NCBI GenBank assembly: GCA_014239655.1
Contig: JAAZYM010000078.1
Location: 39,564-103,563, forward strand
Direction: 5' to 3'
DNA length: 64,000 nt
Origin: Flavobacteriales bacterium
GTDB lineage: Bacteria; Bacteroidota; Bacteroidia; Flavobacteriales; BACL11
Position 1 is the first letter of the stretch. Each line of letters begins with the position of its first letter. The position numbers and the translations under genes are program-made. Under the pieces are notes generated by a model. The model did not search any database. It was not told the DNA's origin and was given only the letters and a program-made list of their open reading frames with translations. This document shows, one piece after another, positions 60,625-64,000 of this stretch.

Positions 60625-61188
60625 TTATTTTCTACTTAGACTACTCATTGTTCTATCAATCCCTATTGTACAAAAAGAAAAAACTATTTCCTTAGTAATA
60701 TCTATCTTTTTATCAAGCTCTACTAATTGATCTTTACTCCATTGACCTAAAACATAATCTGTCTGGAAGCCTCTCGGGAAATCATTTCCAATACCAAATC
60801 TTAATCTAGGATAAATATCCCCTCCGATACAAGAGGAAATATCCTTTAATCCATTATGTCCACCTGAAGAACCTTTTGATCTTAACCTTAAATGCCCAAA
60901 AGAAAGTGACAAATCATCTGTTATAATTATTAAATTATCAAGATGGATCTTCTCTTGATTCATCCAATAACTAACTGCTTTACCACTTAAATTCATAAAT
61001 GTAGTTGGTTTCAAAAAAATCAAAGTTCTTCCCTTATACTTTATTTTACACGAAAGACCATGCTTAACTTGTTTATAGGAGTCACCATGCTCACTAATAA
61101 TAGAATCTAATATTCTAAATCCAATATTATGTCGAGTATTCTCGTACTCAGAACCAGGATTACCTAATCCAACGATTAAGTATTTCAC
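60625..61188 (-). CDS. pth: Peptidyl-tRNA hydrolase
   Basis: LIVGLGNPG, TRHNIGF, KPTTFMNLSG and GGHNGL motifs. Confidence 0.98.
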   Translation of the reverse strand: MKYLIVGLGNPGSEYENTRHNIGFRILDSIISEHGDSYKQVKHGLSCKIKYKGRTLIFLKPTTFMNLSGKAVSYWMNQEKIHLDNLIIITDDLSLSFGHLRLRSKGSSGGHNGLKDISSCIGGDIYPRLRFGIGNDFPRGFQTDYVLGQWSKDQLVELDKKIDITKEIVFSFCTIGIDRTMSSLSRK

Positions 61189-61190
61189 TG

Positions 61191-61871
61191 TTATTGATCT
61201 TCTTTACTTTCTTCTGCAGAATTTTCAGCTGGTTTCTCTGTAGAAGAATCTCCTTCTTGAGTAGTTCCCTCTTCAGTAATTCCTTCTTCATTTTCCTCCT
61301 CTTCATCAGCAACCTCCTCTTCAATCGCCGCTCTTGCTGTTTTAACCCCGACAACAACAGAACCATCTGGCGCCAAAAATGAATAATCATCAGATTTCAG
61401 ATCTCTAATATAAACAAACTGTCCAATATTCAAATCTGAGATATCTATCTCAATCGCATCAGGCAATTTAGATGAGATAGCTCTAGTAACTATCTTTTTT
61501 CTTCTAAACAATAAGTTTCCACCATTTCTAACTCCAATTGCCAGTCCATTTAGGATAACAGGAATTTCAACAGTAATTTCTTTATCATCAAATACTTCAA
61601 GAAAATCTATATGTAATATCTTATCTGTAACAGGATGAAACTGAATATCCTGCATAATACAAGAGGTCTTAGTTCCTTCAATATCTAATTCGACAAGAAA
61701 AACATCGGAAGTATATACAAGTTTTCTTAGATCATTTTCATGAGCACAGAAGCACACTTGCTTTTCTCCCCCGTAAAGCACACATGGAACTTTACCCTGA
61801 TTTCTTAACGCCTTAGAGTCAGATTTCCCAACATTGTCTCTTTTTTTTACGCTAATTGCTAGTGATTTCAT
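61191..61871 (-). CDS. rplY: 50S ribosomal protein L25 / Ctc
   Basis: VPCVLYG and QFHPVTDKILHIDF motifs; acidic tail. Confidence 0.96.
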   Translation of the reverse strand: MKSLAISVKKRDNVGKSDSKALRNQGKVPCVLYGGEKQVCFCAHENDLRKLVYTSDVFLVELDIEGTKTSCIMQDIQFHPVTDKILHIDFLEVFDDKEITVEIPVILNGLAIGVRNGGNLLFRRKKIVTRAISSKLPDAIEIDISDLNIGQFVYIRDLKSDDYSFLAPDGSVVVGVKTARAAIEEEVADEEEENEEGITEEGTTQEGDSSTEKPAENSAEESKEDQ

Positions 61872-61883
61872 TTAATTTTAATT

Positions 61884-62831
61884 TTAATTTTTATTGTTAT
61901 CTAAGAAAAAGTGTCTTGAAATAGATTCGTTTTTTAGAACAGCATCTATTGAACTTGCAAACAACTTGGAAATAGATATTTCTTTTACTTTTGATGAGCC
62001 ATGCTCTTTAGGAATTGTATCAGTGACAGCAACTTCTAATAATATAGAATCATCAATTCTTTGATAGGCTGGTCCAGAAAAAACTCCATGTGTACAAACA
62101 GCTCTAACAGTGTTTGCTCCCATCTCAATCATTAAATCTGCTGCTTTGGTTAGTGTTCCTGCTGTATCAATCATATCATCAACAAGAACAACATCCTTTC
62201 CTTTTACATCTCCTATAAGTAGCATCTTACCAACTACATTAGATTTCTCTCTATGCTTGTAACATATTACAATTTCAGATTTTAAAAACTTTGCATATGT
62301 GTTCGCTCTATTAGAGCCTCCCATATCAGGAGATGCTATTGTTAGATTAGGTAAATTTAAAGATTGGATATAAGGTATAAAAACACTCGATGAATATAAA
62401 TGATCTACAGGAATATCAAAAAACCCCTGTATCTGATCAGCATGTAAATCCATGGTTATCACCCGATCTACTCCGGCTGAAGTTAATAAATTGGCTATTA
62501 GTTTAGCCCCTATTGGTACTCTTGGCTTACCTTTTTTATCTTGTCTGGCAAATCCAAAATAAGGAATAACCGCGTTTATTTTATAAGCTGATGCTCTTCT
62601 AGCAGCATCAATCATTAATAATAATTCCATCAAGTTATCTGCAGGCGGCATAGTCGATTGAACTAAGAAAATATTTGCGCCTCTTATTGATTCATCAAAT
62701 GATGGTTCAAATTCACCATCACTAAATTCAATAACAGTTTCGTTACCTAATTCCGTTCCATATGCTTCACAAATTGCTAATGCAATTTTTTTTGAAGCTC
62801 TAGCAGAAAATATTTTAAATGGTCTATTCAT
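61884..62831 (-). CDS. prs: Ribose-phosphate pyrophosphokinase
   Basis: FSDGE, PYFGFARQD, DLHADQIQGFF and VDDMIDTAGT motifs. Confidence 0.98.
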   Translation of the reverse strand: MNRPFKIFSARASKKIALAICEAYGTELGNETVIEFSDGEFEPSFDESIRGANIFLVQSTMPPADNLMELLLMIDAARRASAYKINAVIPYFGFARQDKKGKPRVPIGAKLIANLLTSAGVDRVITMDLHADQIQGFFDIPVDHLYSSSVFIPYIQSLNLPNLTIASPDMGGSNRANTYAKFLKSEIVICYKHREKSNVVGKMLLIGDVKGKDVVLVDDMIDTAGTLTKAADLMIEMGANTVRAVCTHGVFSGPAYQRIDDSILLEVAVTDTIPKEHGSSKVKEISISKLFASSIDAVLKNESISRHFFLDNNKN

Positions 62832-62946
62832 TATTATATAAAAATGGGGTGCAAATATAAAACTTTATATCTAATATTTTAAAGTTTCTAAATTTTAAAA
62901 AAACTATTGATATGTGATAGTAAAATTCTATTTTTACAATCCACTT

Positions 62947-63028
62947 GCCCAGGTGGCGGAATTGGTAGACGCGTTGGTCTCAAACACCAATGGGGAAACT
63001 CGTGCCGGTTCGAGCCCGGCCCTGGGTA
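62947..63028 (+). tRNA. tRNA-Leu(CAA)
   Basis: GCCCAGGTGGCGGAATTGGTAGACGCGTTGGTCTCAAACACCAA...GGTTCGAG...CTGGGTA with a variable arm. Confidence 0.96.
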
Positions 63029-63050
63029 CAAAAAGAATTTTATTGACTAA

Positions 63051-63485
63051 ATGAACATAAAAAAACAAGACAGATATGACTATGCTTATCTAAAACTTGC
63101 ATTAGAATGGTCAAACCTATCATATTGCTCTAGAAAAAAAGTTGGAGCCCTTATAGTGAAAGATAATATGATTATTTCCGATGGTTACAATGGAACACCA
63201 ACAGGTTTTGATAATAGCTGTGAAAACAATCAAGGGGAGACACATTGGTATGTTCTACATGCTGAAGCAAATGCAATATTAAAGACGGCAAAATCAAATC
63301 ATAATTGTTCAGGAGCAACGCTATATCTAACCCTTTCTCCATGTCAAGAATGTAGTAAGCTAATCCATCAATCAGGGATAAAAAGATTAGTTTATATGGA
63401 TAAATACAAAGATGCCTCAGGGATAGAATTCTTAAAAGAAGCAGGAGTAGAAATTCGTGAAGTAATGAAATCTGAATTGCCTTAA
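63051..63485 (+). CDS. dCMP deaminase family protein
   Basis: GYNGTP, HAEANA and SPCQEC zinc motifs. Confidence 0.94.
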   Translation: MNIKKQDRYDYAYLKLALEWSNLSYCSRKKVGALIVKDNMIISDGYNGTPTGFDNSCENNQGETHWYVLHAEANAILKTAKSNHNCSGATLYLTLSPCQECSKLIHQSGIKRLVYMDKYKDASGIEFLKEAGVEIREVMKSELP

Positions 63486-64000
63486 TGAAAGAAAAATATA
63501 ACCCAATAATCTTTTCTCTTCTTATTGTCTGTGGAATCTTAATCGGTGTAAACATCTCTAAACCAGCAAAGACACCTATAAATAATAAGATAAACTCTAT
63601 CCTACAATTAATTAACTCTCACTATGTAGATAGTTTAAGTAATCATTTTGAAGAAGATGTGATTAATTCGATCATTAAAGATCTAGATCCTCACACTACA
63701 TATATTTCAAAGAAGAATTATCAATCAGTAGAAGAAAACATGTTAGGTGGATTTAGCGGAATTGGCATTGAATTTAACATTATAGATGATACAATTGTTG
63801 TAGTTTCTCCGATAAACGGAGGTCCTTCTGAAAAACTAGGAATAATCTCAGGAGATAGAATTGTTGAAGTAGACAGTTCTAATGTTGCAAGCATAGAGAT
63901 CGAAAATAGTGGTGTCATCAAAAGACTTAGAGGAGAAAAAGGAACTAGCGTTTCGATAAAAATAAAAAGACGAGGGATTAAGAATCTGATTGAATTTAAT
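63485..64000 (+). CDS. S41 family C-terminal processing peptidase (partial, runs off the window)
   Basis: Manual translation MKEKYNPIIFSLLIVCGILIG...YVD...LDPHTTYI...FSGIGIEF...GGPSEKLGIISGDRI, which includes the start of the PDZ domain. Confidence 0.9.
   Translation, partial: MKEKYNPIIFSLLIVCGILIGVNISKPAKTPINNKINSILQLINSHYVDSLSNHFEEDVINSIIKDLDPHTTYISKKNYQSVEENMLGGFSGIGIEFNIIDDTIVVVSPINGGPSEKLGIISGDRIVEVDSSNVASIEIENSGVIKRLRGEKGTSVSIKIKRRGIKNLIEFN

Noticed and set aside
50734-63028. tRNA genes lacking encoded CCA; possible prophage att sites
   Set aside because: CCA-less tRNA genes are normal in this phylum, and no integrase or duplicated tRNA ends were seen.
168-63921. Short ORFs antisense to or nested in long genes (e.g. 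168-401, 16242-16574, 30604-30867, 44129-44563, 49109-49411, 63172-63555)
   Set aside because: They are shadow frames of well-supported genes and show no motifs or independent expression signals.

Overview
AT-rich, densely packed chromosomal segment of a Bacteroidota bacterium, most likely a Flavobacteriales member. The assignment rests on TAnnTTTG promoters, T9SS cargo, PorV- and PorP-family genes and the DUF2795-secA and DUF4290-murA gene orders. Most of the window is housekeeping: ruvC, greA, ahcY, murA, grpE-dnaJ, alaS, secA, tilS, rimP-nusA-infB, xth, prs-rplY-pth and four tRNAs. I see no integrase, IS, prophage or CRISPR array. The most interesting items are: (1) a SusD-less three-gene cassette encoding a TonB-dependent receptor, a 1402-aa T9SS-type cargo with an unusual C-terminal tail and a PorV/PorQ-like barrel; (2) a TPP-riboswitch variant whose pyrophosphate-sensing nucleotides are altered, lying between pnuC plus a NadR-like kinase and a TonB receptor; (3) an islet behind tRNA-Gln encoding a T9SS surface protein with four unrecognised ~165-aa domains and near-identical 147-bp tandem repeats; (4) an xth gene that seems to need an ATC start codon; (5) two acidic, apparently highly expressed outer-membrane barrels, one of them very small. 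All calls come from reading motifs by eye; no database search was run.
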